From Candidatus Micrarchaeia archaeon (GTDB taxonomy: Archaea; Micrarchaeota; Micrarchaeia; Anstonellales; J096), in NCBI GenBank assembly GCA_041500865.1, contig JBGQMY010000002.1, positions 1,982-65,981 of the forward strand: a stretch of 64,000 nt of DNA. The letters are read 5' to 3'. Positions 31,701 to 38,246 of this stretch are shown in pieces (within the stretch, counting starts at the first letter, position 1; each line of letters begins with the position of its first letter). The notes below the pieces were generated by a model, which saw nothing but the letters and a program-made list of their open reading frames with translations, had not been told where the DNA came from and did no database searches. Both the position numbers and the translations under genes were made by a program.

Positions 31701-34700
31701 GCGCTGATGTTGAACGTGGCGTTGTCTTTCATGCTGCTCCTTGTCACGTTGGTTATGTTCGCAACCAATATGCCCTGTTGCTGGACATAGAGATTATACG
31801 TCCCGGCATCACCGTAAAGCTCATCGACCTCAACGTAGTACGTGGCGGTTTCCGGTGCCGTGAACCAGATTTCGCTGTTCCTGTTGATTGCGAATATTAT
31901 GTCATCGCTATATCCCAGTATTGTGCCGGTTGAGTTGTAAAGCTGCATCTGCGTGTCCGTGATTGAGATGGCCGTAAGGTTCTTGGTCCATATGAAATAT
32001 GTATATCCATTTATCGCGTTGAATTTCACGAAGTCTATATCCGTCGGGGTGTTGAACGTGTGCGTCTGCGGCACGCCGGTCGTATTTATCCAATTCGCGC
32101 TGGCGTTGTCGTTGTCCGGCTCGTATGCGTCCGGGCTCAATGGCGCTATGGTGAAGGTTGTCCTTGATGTCGCGTTGTTGCCAGGTTCCGGATATGCGAA
32201 GTCGTATGCAGTCACATTTAACCTGTAGTCGCCCTGGGTGAGCGTCGTTGTGTTGCGCAGGCACCTCAACGTTTCGCCGTTCGGGGCCAATGCGGTGCAG
32301 TTCGCGGTGTTGCTGGTGACGCTCCCGTTTGTCGCATTGTAAACGTATGTCGTTGCGTTTATTGATATCAATATCAGGCTGGGCGCAGTCCCTGTGCCGT
32401 TGACAGTGATGTTCATTATGAAAGACGTTATGTTGGTTGAATAGCCGTCTGCTGGCTTTACGAGGGTTATCACAGGGCTGACGTTCTCCGTGACATTGTA
32501 GCCTGAGAATCCGGAGACGTTGAACGTCAGCGTCCCCGCAACCGCGTAAGTGGCGCCAGAAAGCGAGCAGTTTGTGCCGAGTGTGCGGCATCCTGCATAT
32601 CCGGCAAGGGAGCATATGCCGTTGGAGGATGAATTTATTGAGCATGAGGTTCCGTTGACGTAGCAGTACCCGGTATGCAACTGGCACGTGCCAGTGATTG
32701 GATATGTGGAGCATTTTTGGGTTGTGGCATTGACCGAGCACGTTCCGCCGTTCAGGGTGCTGGAGTTGTAGGTTGTCCAGCTTGCCACATGGACAGAGGA
32801 CTGCTTTGGCGAATCGTCGGCGTATATGCCTGGCTGGGAAACGAACGGCAGGTTGTAGAGCCTCACTGTCGCGTTCGTGTCCAGCTCCACGAAATAGTCC
32901 GTGTCTATGAAAATCCTTGACTGCTCGAACGTGTCGGGCGCCCCTATGTCCACGGTTATCGCAGAGCCAAGGTTGCTGAGCTTGTCCGCGCCAGACCACG
33001 TGGAAATGTTGACGGAGGTGAGGTTTATCAGCGCTGCGCTTGAAAAGTTCGTGCTTGGGCTCAGGCCTCCGCTTGCGCAGGACTCGTTCATCTGTATGTC
33101 TATGATGAAGTTGACCCTGCTGAAGTCAAACACCTTGGTGAAGTTGGTCGTGAGGTTGCCGAAGCGGGTGCACGGGTTGCCAGTCATGTTTGGCACGCCT
33201 ATGTCCTGGAGTATGATTTCAACGGGAGTCATGTTCCATTGGCTGAATTCATCCGTGGCGATTACCCATACCATCCTCTGATTGACGGGGCCGGGCTGTG
33301 CGTACTGGCCTATGCTGCAAGAGCCGTTCCACAGGCCCGTGGCATGGTTGAAAGTCAAATTCAGGATGCCGCCGCAGGCGCTCGCATTGACGTCCGAGAA
33401 GTTAGCGACGACGGATGTGATGTTGCCCTCGCCGGTCGCGTTAACAGAAAGGTTGATTATGGCGTCGTATGGCGAGAAAAAGTTGTCAGGGTTGAGGATT
33501 TGGACGTCCGAGACCGGAAGCTGGCTGCTGAGGTTTGCCAAGACGCCCCATGCCATGGCATGGGCGTTGACATGGTCATCGGCCTCAAAGCCAATCCGGT
33601 ATTCGCCGTCCGGGTCTGCGCGCACAAGCGGGATGTTGGATGACGAATTTACCGGATAGATGGTTATGTTGGAGTTGTTGAACGGGACTTTCTGCGCTGT
33701 GCTCAGGTTGAGGTATATCCTCTGCGGCATGAATTTGGTCTGGTTGTTGGCATTTATGATGCTGGTGGTGCTGAGATTGCAGCCGTCCATGCCGCACCAT
33801 TGCTCGCTCGCTATGCCCAATAAGGTTGCATTCTGGCCGTTGGACATGGACGTATTGTAGATGAGCCACCAGTTGTAGGGCTTTGTGCAGTTGTTATCCT
33901 CCCCGCAGGAGAAAATGAAAGTGCCGTTGCAGTCCCAGGGCGCGGTGTCGTTGATTTTCAGGCAGCCTGGCACTGATGCAGTGGGGCTGTCGTTGCCAAG
34001 CGCGAGAAAGTAAAAATTGTAATAGGCCGAGACGTTCTCGCCATTGAGCGTGTAGGTCTCCTGGCTCCATGTCGTGTTGTAGGCGCCGCTGGCTGGAAAG
34101 TCCCAGTTGGTCCCCTGTGTCTCGTTGCCGGACTGGCCCCACCCGGTCACTACATAACTGTAGTTGTCCAGCACGAAGGGCGTGACGCTCCACAGATACT
34201 TGTCGGTGATGTTCGCCCTCAGGAACCACGTCCTATGATAATAGAGGGAATAATTAAGGTCCATCTTGGAAACCGAAGGCGGGCTGTTGTCCACCGTGAT
34301 GTTGGGAAGCATGTCATAGCCGTATCCGCCTGGTGAAGACGCATTGAGCACTAGCGAGTAGTTTTCGCACTCGCCGGCACAATTTAACGACGTGTCCCAT
34401 GAGCAGATAGGGGAAGGGTCCGTTTCATTGCTTACGGACGCTGTGCCGTTGCATATCGTTGCGTTGTAAGCGCCGTTCCTGTAGAGCGACAGCGCCCAGC
34501 TGGTCATGTTGGGGTCGTACGCTATTCCCTCGACATCCACAACGCCGCCCACGAACTGCATTATCACGCCGCTTATGTTGTCATAGTTCCCTGTTGGGTT
34601 GGTTATTTTGACATCTGGGTTGCCGCCGTTTTCGGATATGTAGACCGGAACTGTCGCGCTGACCGTGACATTGGCGACCGAACTGCCGTAAGATGCGTTT

Positions 34701-35827
34701 GATGATGCATTGAATAAATACTCATTATAGGCCACGACCTGTCCGATGCCGTTGCCGTATATCGCCTGGTAAGTCGTCATCCACGGAGTCAGGCCGCTGG
34801 CATCGGTTGTCGCGTTCCATGCCTGCGCCCCAAGGCCGTTTGTGGCTGTGACGTTCGCGGCATTTACAGGAGCCGTTCCGTTGGAGACGTTTGCGCGGAC
34901 ATACCAGCCGATTGTGAAGTTGCTGGCCGCAACAGAGCCAAGTTGGCCAAGGCTAAGGCCGCTGATGTTGATGAACGAGTTGTTGCTTGAGGACGTGTTT
35001 GAATAAACTTGCCATGTCGTTACGTTGGCGAGGGAAACGTTGGCAATAATGTTGCTTGTCGCATAAGTAAGATGGAAGGCATGCGTAACGTTTGATATTG
35101 AGCCTCCTGTCACGGCATTGCTGCTGTCCACGGAAAATTGGATGCCGTACGTAACTTTTGATATGTAGTTGCCGCTGACTGTGTTGCTATTTGAGTTGGT
35201 GTCAAGCGCTATGCCAATCGGCGACGTGTTATTGATGATGTTGTTGGCTATTAGGTTGCTCGAGGCGCCTGGAATGTAAATGCCGAGCGTTGTGCCTGAG
35301 ATGTTGTTGTTCGTTATGTTGTTGCTTGTTGAGCTGCCGCTGGAGACGTATATTCTTATGCCGTAGCCGTAATTGTATGGGTCGTTGACTGTGGTGTTCG
35401 CGATTGTGTTGCCGGTTATGGTGTTGTTGGCATTGGTGCCTGAAACATATATGTTGATGCCGCTCTGGCTCCTGGTTATGGTGTTGTTCTGGATGGTGCT
35501 GTTGGCCACGCCGCCTGACGTGCGGATGCCGTCGCTGAAGTTCCAGATGTTGCAGTTCTTTATTGTGACGTTGTTCTTGTCAGGGATATAGACGCCATAC
35601 CTTCCGTTATCGGGGGTGACGCCGATTATGGAATATCCGCCGCAGTCAATCACGATGTTGCTTGCATTCACATATACGCAAGCGGTGCCGGTTGAGGCAT
35701 TGGCGACCATGTCGCTTGACATCGTCAGGCTGGCATTGAGGCTTTCTGAGCAGTTCGTTGCGAAGGCCAGAGACGCAAAAACGAAAATCCACGCAATAGC
35801 GTAGCGTATGCTTAGATTACATTGCAT
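22637..35827 (-). CDS. Giant cell-surface protein of about 4,396 aa. It has a signal peptide, parallel beta-helix, subtilisin-like S8 peptidase, RCC1-like propeller, about 25 Ig-like repeats, a Gly14 linker and a C-terminal TM anchor.
   Basis: Single uninterrupted ORF. Strongly Asn/Thr/Ser-rich with hundreds of N-x-S/T sequons. The ATG at 35827 is preferred over the track start at 35860 because the TATA box overlaps 35851-35857 and the paralog starts with the same MQ.NL motif. Confidence 0.85.
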   Translation of the reverse strand: MQCNLSIRYAIAWIFVFASLAFATNCSESLNASLTMSSDMVANASTGTACVYVNASNIVIDCGGYSIIGVTPDNGRYGVYIPDKNNVTIKNCNIWNFSDGIRTSGGVANSTIQNNTITRSQSGINIYVSGTNANNTITGNTIANTTVNDPYNYGYGIRIYVSSGSSTSNNITNNNISGTTLGIYIPGASSNLIANNIINNTSPIGIALDTNSNSNTVSGNYISKVTYGIQFSVDSSNAVTGGSISNVTHAFHLTYATSNIIANVSLANVTTWQVYSNTSSSNNSFINISGLSLGQLGSVAASNFTIGWYVRANVSNGTAPVNAANVTATNGLGAQAWNATTDASGLTPWMTTYQAIYGNGIGQVVAYNEYLFNASSNASYGSSVANVTVSATVPVYISENGGNPDVKITNPTGNYDNISGVIMQFVGGVVDVEGIAYDPNMTSWALSLYRNGAYNATICNGTASVSNETDPSPICSWDTSLNCAGECENYSLVLNASSPGGYGYDMLPNITVDNSPPSVSKMDLNYSLYYHRTWFLRANITDKYLWSVTPFVLDNYSYVVTGWGQSGNETQGTNWDFPASGAYNTTWSQETYTLNGENVSAYYNFYFLALGNDSPTASVPGCLKINDTAPWDCNGTFIFSCGEDNNCTKPYNWWLIYNTSMSNGQNATLLGIASEQWCGMDGCNLSTTSIINANNQTKFMPQRIYLNLSTAQKVPFNNSNITIYPVNSSSNIPLVRADPDGEYRIGFEADDHVNAHAMAWGVLANLSSQLPVSDVQILNPDNFFSPYDAIINLSVNATGEGNITSVVANFSDVNASACGGILNLTFNHATGLWNGSCSIGQYAQPGPVNQRMVWVIATDEFSQWNMTPVEIILQDIGVPNMTGNPCTRFGNLTTNFTKVFDFSRVNFIIDIQMNESCASGGLSPSTNFSSAALINLTSVNISTWSGADKLSNLGSAITVDIGAPDTFEQSRIFIDTDYFVELDTNATVRLYNLPFVSQPGIYADDSPKQSSVHVASWTTYNSSTLNGGTCSVNATTQKCSTYPITGTCQLHTGYCYVNGTSCSINSSSNGICSLAGYAGCRTLGTNCSLSGATYAVAGTLTFNVSGFSGYNVTENVSPVITLVKPADGYSTNITSFIMNITVNGTGTAPSLILISINATTYVYNATNGSVTSNTANCTALAPNGETLRCLRNTTTLTQGDYRLNVTAYDFAYPEPGNNATSRTTFTIAPLSPDAYEPDNDNASANWINTTGVPQTHTFNTPTDIDFVKFNAINGYTYFIWTKNLTAISITDTQMQLYNSTGTILGYSDDIIFAINRNSEIWFTAPETATYYVEVDELYGDAGTYNLYVQQQGILVANITNVTRSSMKDNATFNISASVTCVGGPCGAVAAVLDPIMAGANETPKDILSAAKNGPVEVIVTLKEPAASLKTRENVYSVQSAVISTLSSGDFKVKYRYSTVNSFSGTATLAGIKSLMANPNVASVRIARTFHTMLDVSVPLINATELWNMSINGRNINGTGQTVCILDTGINYAHPDFGSCTLADIITSHNCSKIVGGYDFYNNDTNFIDDNGHGSHVSGIVGSIDSVYRGVAPGAKIAMVKVCDSTGDVCPEADIEAGIEWCINNASLYNISVISISIGGSDCNYGSCDGKVCDNDDAFTPYLYNARNSNISVVIASGNEHHGSGASDPFSDVPGIGSPACISTAISVGATDDSDAIAGFTNRDRTLDVLAPGVGIIATDFAGTHTPKQGTSMATPHVSGAIALINQFFVQSYGRMPAPVEVDSMLKTGGKPIVDTAGTLNYTYPRVNALGSTLDKGVVPTTVGARPFYTTSSNPSNLSCYSNMTQGKVCNATWKVYATGDNGTYSFFTIDVAYAADGSGELMEYGRFYSSTYNISIDNVAPALAFVSPTPNTSAYLNGSIAINVSSSENLQSCTLTMDAQRRASSNAPISVGTYQTCYVLSNGNSKCYGFNGNGEATNYTGGNAIAVAMGEYHTCYVLSNGNSVCYGSNTDGRSTNYTGGNAIAVSTEYKHTCYVLSNGNSVCYGDDSSNQSTSYTGGDAVAVSATDYDTCYLLSSGNSVCYGDANCLGYTPCVGSAGQATNYTGGDAIAVAAGQDHTCYVLSSGNSVCYGYDSGNGETTSYTGGDAIAVSASNLDTCYLLSNGNSTCYGFNGNGPGEATNYTGGKAIALSAGVFHTCYLLSNGNSTCYGDNTYGMSANYILGNIRIPALPSSYAMQIHNSDGNTTANYTLASLSDGTHVYFANCSDLAGNPNATGVRNVIVDTTNPAISIVSPSQAYYANGTNMLINISASDANLDTVRFYNGTGTANTTYAGPVTLNYTDGVYNMTAWANDTVGRTNSTNRTFIVDTINPAITFTTPTPNSSAYSLNAYVAINISSSDTNFANATIRLYNATGGLRNSTFSSSPGSVFVNYTNLSDGLYYFNATVYDLAGLANKTETRNITIDATAPSITIISPTSKLYNNASILVNISVTDSDNSTWFFNGTANETYAVGTPVTRTFQQGANTLTVWSNDLIGHLSTASVNFSVDSIPPNITLNAPAAGGFSNTINVTLSFTPDDNVDTSITCKIYINGTLNATAAVSNASQYNLTRNFSNALRTWYVNCTDDANNSAVSETRNFTVDTIKPTIIFKSPTENSSAYLNRDSALVNVTASDANFRNVTIFFYNSTGLYFNTSGTLTNLFANETSLAEGIYYINATAFDSAGNLNKTETRNFTVDTVNPAIAFVAPTTNVSFSLNNYVLANVSVNDSNFANVTVRLYNSTGGLRNSTFSSSSATVFANYSNLSDGVYYFNATAYDRAGRINKTETRNVTLNTVAPTLAIISPTARYYTNATIWVNISATDADLNTTWFYNGTDNETYNGTPVTRTFQQGANTLTAWANDMVGHVSTASVNFTVDSVPPNITLNAPAAGSFSPTTNVTLSFTPDDNVDTSITCKIYINGTLNATVAVSNASQYNLTRNFSNALRTWYVNCTDDANNTVVSETRNFTVDTINPAIAIMSPSLAYYTNATILVNISATDANKDTVWFYNGTDNETYNGTPFARNFSDATYGMYAWVNDSAGRINSTNRTFTVDTINPEISFVAPTTNVTASLNNFIEINVSANDTNLANVTIRVYNSTGALVRNQTSTASPAFLNVTGLGDGTYFFNATVYDRAGRTNKTETRNVTLDAIAPSITIISPAATAYSNSTVLVSINVTDADLNTTWFYNGTANETYMVPVNRTFTEGANTLTVWSTDMVGHVSTASVNFTVDTTNPAIRFATPSTNSSSFANSIIANVSVNDSSFANVTVRLYNASGALRNQTWSNSSSFLANFSGLAEGTYYFNATAYDMVGRSNSTETRNVTVDRTVPQIWFASPTTNSSTGTPIPNIDVNLIMNDTNTMNGIITLYTPAGLYDTFNGSASGILVLAHTFNNLSDGVYYLNASVSDLAGNFNKTETRIIVIDTTAPGITLVAPENNSFPASSLVSLSFTAVDAISENMTCVVYVDGSAAGSVNAHNNTPASLSYNATETSHLWNVSCSDAANNIAVSGTDNFTVDTVSPTITIVSPLLSYYYNTSTILINISANDTNLDTVWFYTNGTNVIYTPPGAPFTLDFDDGIYNMTAWANDSAGTTVSSGRTFTVDTTAPIVAIQSPDNITIYTTANIDLNYTASDANLAYCRYMVDGGAAIGLAGCSNISSLLGISDGNHTITVIANDSAGNTANDTVFFAMNLTPESNAPNYTALEPSANINDTYRPNLSYLLNATWTDETGLDTVLVENNFSGSLVQSPFTSQAGSQFEYDTGHLAAGEYTYRWTANDTWSNLNDSMPNMSITVLMADPSAALAASPSWSGTWPYGTIVNCTGAAQVNMELYRNGTLVDSGMGFASDPQNLSAGTYEYVCNTSGNENYTNGSASNTLTIAQVSTALTFSSSAGWTPTWNNSNINVSCSGQAGLNVSIYRNGTFMASGLGYAESIANLPAGAYLFVCNISGTENYTGASASNNLTIAKAAPSISLTVNGVAGGITVNTGATVTFNGTVTTPANGHIEIWLDSAFSRSGNGNIYNSTSWSATGTHTVKLVYNATENYSSSSLSRTVTVKTSGGGGGGGGGGGGGGAALPSMAISNYTSCNSDGTANVRVTVASSGTALSGVTVYINSDDRHTAYTSGYTFSNLASGTYVVYADKDGYDSASLTVSFSCAAAGGQQNQTAGNGTQGGMSRNQTSQIPYVSNGSTRYINVTLIDVGAEYAAYQVDSLTGTITVYVGENRTVDVNGDGSLNVSIMLNNVSGNNAFAVIGAMARAAAQQGGNATHPTNVTQNVSGANITCAADNGACKIDSDCCSGSCNMSAGLCAQAQPPKPLDWVGVLAAALLAIVAIAAIIVAIYYFFLREGGGSGRQYKFKG
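23487..23530 (-). repeat. Low-complexity tract encoding Gly14 (CCGCCTCC-type repeats).
   Basis: Direct reading. A slippage-prone homopolymeric codon run in the linker before the last three Ig-like domains. Confidence 0.8.
23560..29100 (-). repeat. Intragenic tandem array of about 25 Ig-like (CARDB/PKD-like) roughly 100-aa domains. Several units are near-identical at the DNA level (approximate).
   Basis: Recurrent motifs NFTVDT(I/V)NPAI and TETRN(V/I)T(L/V)D. Segment 26.9-27.2 kb nearly duplicates 28.07-28.3 kb. Confidence 0.7.
29150..29980 (-). other. RCC1-like beta-propeller repeats in the giant protein (approximate).
   Basis: About 7 tandem units with period about 50 aa: HTCYVLSNGNSVCYG..N..G..T.YTGG.AIAV. 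The nucleotide-level repeats are visible. Confidence 0.6.
30500..31320 (-). other. Subtilisin-like (S8) serine peptidase domain of the giant protein (approximate).
   Basis: Catalytic Asp in VCILDTGIN (about 31258), His in DDNGHGSHVSGIV (about 31105), Ser in GTSMATPHVSGAIALI (about 30572). The D-H-S order is correct. Confidence 0.8.
35000..35760 (-). other. Right-handed parallel beta-helix (PbH1/NosD-like) repeat region of the giant protein (approximate).
   Basis: Repeats of the NNTITGNTIANTT / NNITNNNISGTTLGIYI type. Confidence 0.55.
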
Positions 35828-35848
35828 GGATGGGCTTTGGCTGCGCGC

Positions 35849-35873
35849 CTTTTTAAACATTAATGACGTTGGG
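35849..35873 (-). promoter_or_regulatory. Promoter of the giant gene. The TTTAAAAAG TATA element (minus sense) is 24-30 nt upstream of the ATG at 35827. The block is conserved with 37342-37363.
   Basis: Plus-strand CTTTTTAAACATTAATGACGTTG is 22/23 identical to the block upstream of the 458-aa gene. Confidence 0.6.
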
Positions 35874-35911
35874 CGACGATTAAGGCATAATTAAAGTAGA
35901 AACGTGTTGGT

Positions 35912-35922
35912 AAATCAAAAAA
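35912..35922 (-). terminator. T8 tract about 25 nt downstream of the stop of the 458-aa gene.
   Basis: Minus strand reads TAA..GGGGGGCTTTTCGCTGAACCTTTTTTTTGA. Oligo-T is the usual archaeal terminator. Confidence 0.4.
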
Positions 35923-35944
35923 AAGGTTCAGCGAAAAGCCCCCC

Positions 35945-37321
35945 TTATTTCCTTGCGGAGGGGGAAGGCCGGCCCCGCTTCGCGGCATACAGCAGCAGGG
36001 CAACAACCGCAACGATGACAATTGCCGCAACAAATATCATGACGGCTGATGCCCTGCCGGCCGCGCCGGTGTTGGAGGTTGCGTTCGCCTGCGCTGCCGT
36101 AGCATTGGTTACGTTGGTTTTGGCTCCGACCTGGCCGGTTACGTTTCCATGCGTTATTGTTACATTGTTCATACCTGGGCTTCCGGCGCCGCTCCCGCTG
36201 CCTTCGGTGTAGTTGACTGTTAAGTTTCCTGTTATGTTGCTCAGGACGGTGTTGTTGGTTTCATTGTCGGGATGTATGCCGTCCCCGTCGTCGTCATGGG
36301 TCTCATTCTCATGCACGGTTGCATTGGCGCCGTATGGGCACAGGATTGACAGCCCGTTTGTGTCGTTCGGGCCCGGCAGGGACGGGTCATTCAAGCCCTT
36401 TCCGATTCCGGCATCGCGCAGCGCCAGGGCAGGAAAGGGGACTGCGTTCCCTTCCTTGCCGCGGCATTCTGCAGAGCCGTTGCTGAAAAGGACGCACCTG
36501 AATGAGCCGCCTGCCGCTGCAAGGCTGCTGTTGAGGACAAGGATGGCCTGGCGCCTGCCCGCTTCGGGTGATGGCACGGTGCTCGTGATGTTGAGGCGCT
36601 TGTCAAAGCTCTCCGTCCTGGAGATATAATTGATGCCAAGGAAGCAGGAGCGCGTGTCATTGTCCAATATCAGGTTTACTGTCACATTGGCGTACGGCAG
36701 GCCGAATGGGCACAGGGGCGCCAGCATGGATGAGATGTTCGGGTCAGGCTTGGAGCCAGGCGAACCTTTTTCCAGCAGATGCGAAATGCCGGAGATGAGC
36801 TGGTCGGGGGCAGGCTTTCCATCCTGTTCCGCGCCGTTGCATTTTGCGGTGCCGTTGGGGTCTATCGGCGGGTGTTCCTGCTGGCCTGAGCCTTGGCTGC
36901 CGCCCCCATCTTGATTGCCTGCTCCGGAGCCGTTGGTGAAAAGCTGGCACGTGAATGAGCCGCCCCCTTCGGAAAGGCTTTTGTTGAGCATCATGACGAA
37001 TTGCTTGCTTTCATCGCTGATTGAGGCATTGGGCTCGCCTCCTGTGATGTTAATTAGTTTATCAATTTCCAGCTGGCTGGAGACGTAATTGACGTCAAGT
37101 GCGCAGTAATGGGCATCGTAGTCCGCTATAAGGCTTATTGTGACATTGGCGTAGTTCATTGGGCCATTGGGACCGGTGCCGTTTTGGTCGCCGCCGTTGT
37201 GCTGGCCGCCTGTGCCGTTCTGGTCGTCTCCGCCCGGAGGCCCTGACGGCTCTGCGAACGCCATTGAGGCAAAAACAAGCATCCACGCGATGGCGCAACA
37301 CACGACAAGATTAGACTGCAT
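35945..37321 (-). CDS. 458-aa secreted surface protein with two internal Cys-containing repeat domains, many N-glycosylation sequons and a C-terminal TM anchor. Paralogous signal peptide and anchor to the giant protein.
   Basis: N-terminus MQSNLVVCCAIAWMLVFASMAFAEP versus giant MQCNLSIRYAIAWIFVFASLAFATN. C-terminus VMIFVAAIVIVAVVALLLYAAKRGRPSPSARK. Two roughly 130-aa repeats (YANVT..L..D.D...C.L..NY.S......DK..NIT ... GGSF.C.LF.NGS). Confidence 0.7.
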   Translation of the reverse strand: MQSNLVVCCAIAWMLVFASMAFAEPSGPPGGDDQNGTGGQHNGGDQNGTGPNGPMNYANVTISLIADYDAHYCALDVNYVSSQLEIDKLINITGGEPNASISDESKQFVMMLNKSLSEGGGSFTCQLFTNGSGAGNQDGGGSQGSGQQEHPPIDPNGTAKCNGAEQDGKPAPDQLISGISHLLEKGSPGSKPDPNISSMLAPLCPFGLPYANVTVNLILDNDTRSCFLGINYISRTESFDKRLNITSTVPSPEAGRRQAILVLNSSLAAAGGSFRCVLFSNGSAECRGKEGNAVPFPALALRDAGIGKGLNDPSLPGPNDTNGLSILCPYGANATVHENETHDDDGDGIHPDNETNNTVLSNITGNLTVNYTEGSGSGAGSPGMNNVTITHGNVTGQVGAKTNVTNATAAQANATSNTGAAGRASAVMIFVAAIVIVAVVALLLYAAKRGRPSPSARK

Positions 37322-37341
37322 ACGGAGTTTTGGCGTTGCTA

Positions 37342-37363
37342 CTTTTTAAACATTATGACGTTG
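37342..37363 (-). promoter_or_regulatory. Promoter of the 458-aa gene, conserved with 35849-35873.
   Basis: CTTTTTAAACATTATGACGTTG. TATA is 23-30 nt upstream of the ATG at 37321. Confidence 0.6.
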
Positions 37364-37399
37364 CGGGTTAATAGATGTCAGTATATGTTTGAAACGCCG

Positions 37400-37867
37400 T
37401 CATCCGGCAACGCACTCGCTGAAGGATACTATGAATGAGTTGGATGCTTCCTTTCTCATCAGATCATACAGTAATGGCATGGATTCTAGGATATTTCTGA
37501 TTTTGTCGTGCCTTGATTGCGAGGCCATGCTTAATGGGGTCCAGCCGTCATTGTTCTTTGCCTCGATGCTTGCTCCTTTTCCGAGCAGCAAGGCGCAGGT
37601 TTGGGTGTGTCCGTTCCTTGCGGCATGCATGAGCGGAGTCATGCCGCTGCCGCCTTTTGCCTCTATGCTTGCGCCAAGCTTCAGCAGCGTTTCAATGCCT
37701 GTATTGTCGCCGCTCTCTGCGGATTCCAGCAGTTCATTGTTGAGCCGCCTTTGCCCTTCTGCCGATAATGCCGGATTCTTCAATGCCGGCTTTTCGCTGG
37801 GCATGATGTCTGCTTTCAATTTAACTGGTTCTGTTGCCGGATTGTTTTGGAGCGTCTTTTCCTGCAT
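37400..37867 (-). CDS. Ankyrin-repeat protein. Likely start MQEKTLQNNP. C-terminal tail ..FIVSFSECVAG.
   Basis: ANK repeats. The track start at 38020 is upstream. The ATG at 37867 is preceded by TTTGCCGCACAATA (shared with the 5749 paralog) and a TTTTTAATT box. Confidence 0.75.
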   Translation of the reverse strand: MQEKTLQNNPATEPVKLKADIMPSEKPALKNPALSAEGQRRLNNELLESAESGDNTGIETLLKLGASIEAKGGSGMTPLMHAARNGHTQTCALLLGKGASIEAKNNDGWTPLSMASQSRHDKIRNILESMPLLYDLMRKEASNSFIVSFSECVAG

Positions 37868-38090
37868 GTATCTATTGTGCGGCAAAGCAATTAAAAACAG
37901 CGCGCAGCGCCCTAAATGCCTTCTTTTGAACCCAAGGGCCTTTTCTTTCCCCAAGTGCTTTCTTTTTCCAATGCGCATCAGCGCCAAAAGCAGGGGGGCG
38001 GGAGGAGCTTGGAACTGCACAGTTTCGTGGGCCGTCTTTTATGCCAAAGGCAAAACAATGTGGGTATTGCCTGCTGGCCCACGACACTGT

Positions 38091-38106
38091 GGGGGGTGGA
38101 GCCCCC
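38091..38106. terminator. GC-rich hairpin (GGGGG-TGGAG-CCCCC) immediately 3' of tRNA-Thr.
   Basis: Read directly from the sequence. Confidence 0.35.
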
Positions 38107-38115
38107 TTGGTTCAG

Positions 38116-38189
38116 AGCCTCAGGTGGGATTTGAACCCATGACCTCTCGCTTACGAGGCGAGCGCTCTACCAGGCTGAGCTACTGAGGC
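38116..38189 (-). tRNA. tRNA-Thr(CGU), 74 nt, no intron.
   Basis: The reverse complement gives GCCTCAG-TA-GCTC-AGCCTGGTA-GAGC-G-CTCGC-CTCGTAA-GCGAG-AGGTC-ATGGG-TTCAAAT-CCCAC-CTGAGGC-T. Anticodon CGT. One A-C mismatch at 49-65. TTTTTAAAA box about 30 nt upstream, shared with the divergent ZIP gene. Confidence 0.75.
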
Positions 38190-38246
38190 GCTGAATCCAT
38201 ATAATCCGGAAACACATTTTAAAAACGTTGGTTTCAAGCGACATAC

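Noticed and set aside
22698-35804. Dozens of 60-180-aa ORFs on the plus strand and in other frames inside the giant gene and the 1,500-aa gene. Examples are 24716-25132, 31242-31790, 31908-32999, 33239-33643 and 19978-20490.
   Set aside because: They are antisense or out-of-frame to a long, domain-rich ORF. Their composition is low-complexity (Ala/Val/Arg-rich) and they have no motifs. They are spurious.
22637-35860. Possibility that the giant protein is a diversity-generating retroelement target.
   Set aside because: There is no reverse transcriptase ORF and no template/variable repeat pair with adenine-specific differences anywhere in the window. The intragenic repeats differ at all base types.
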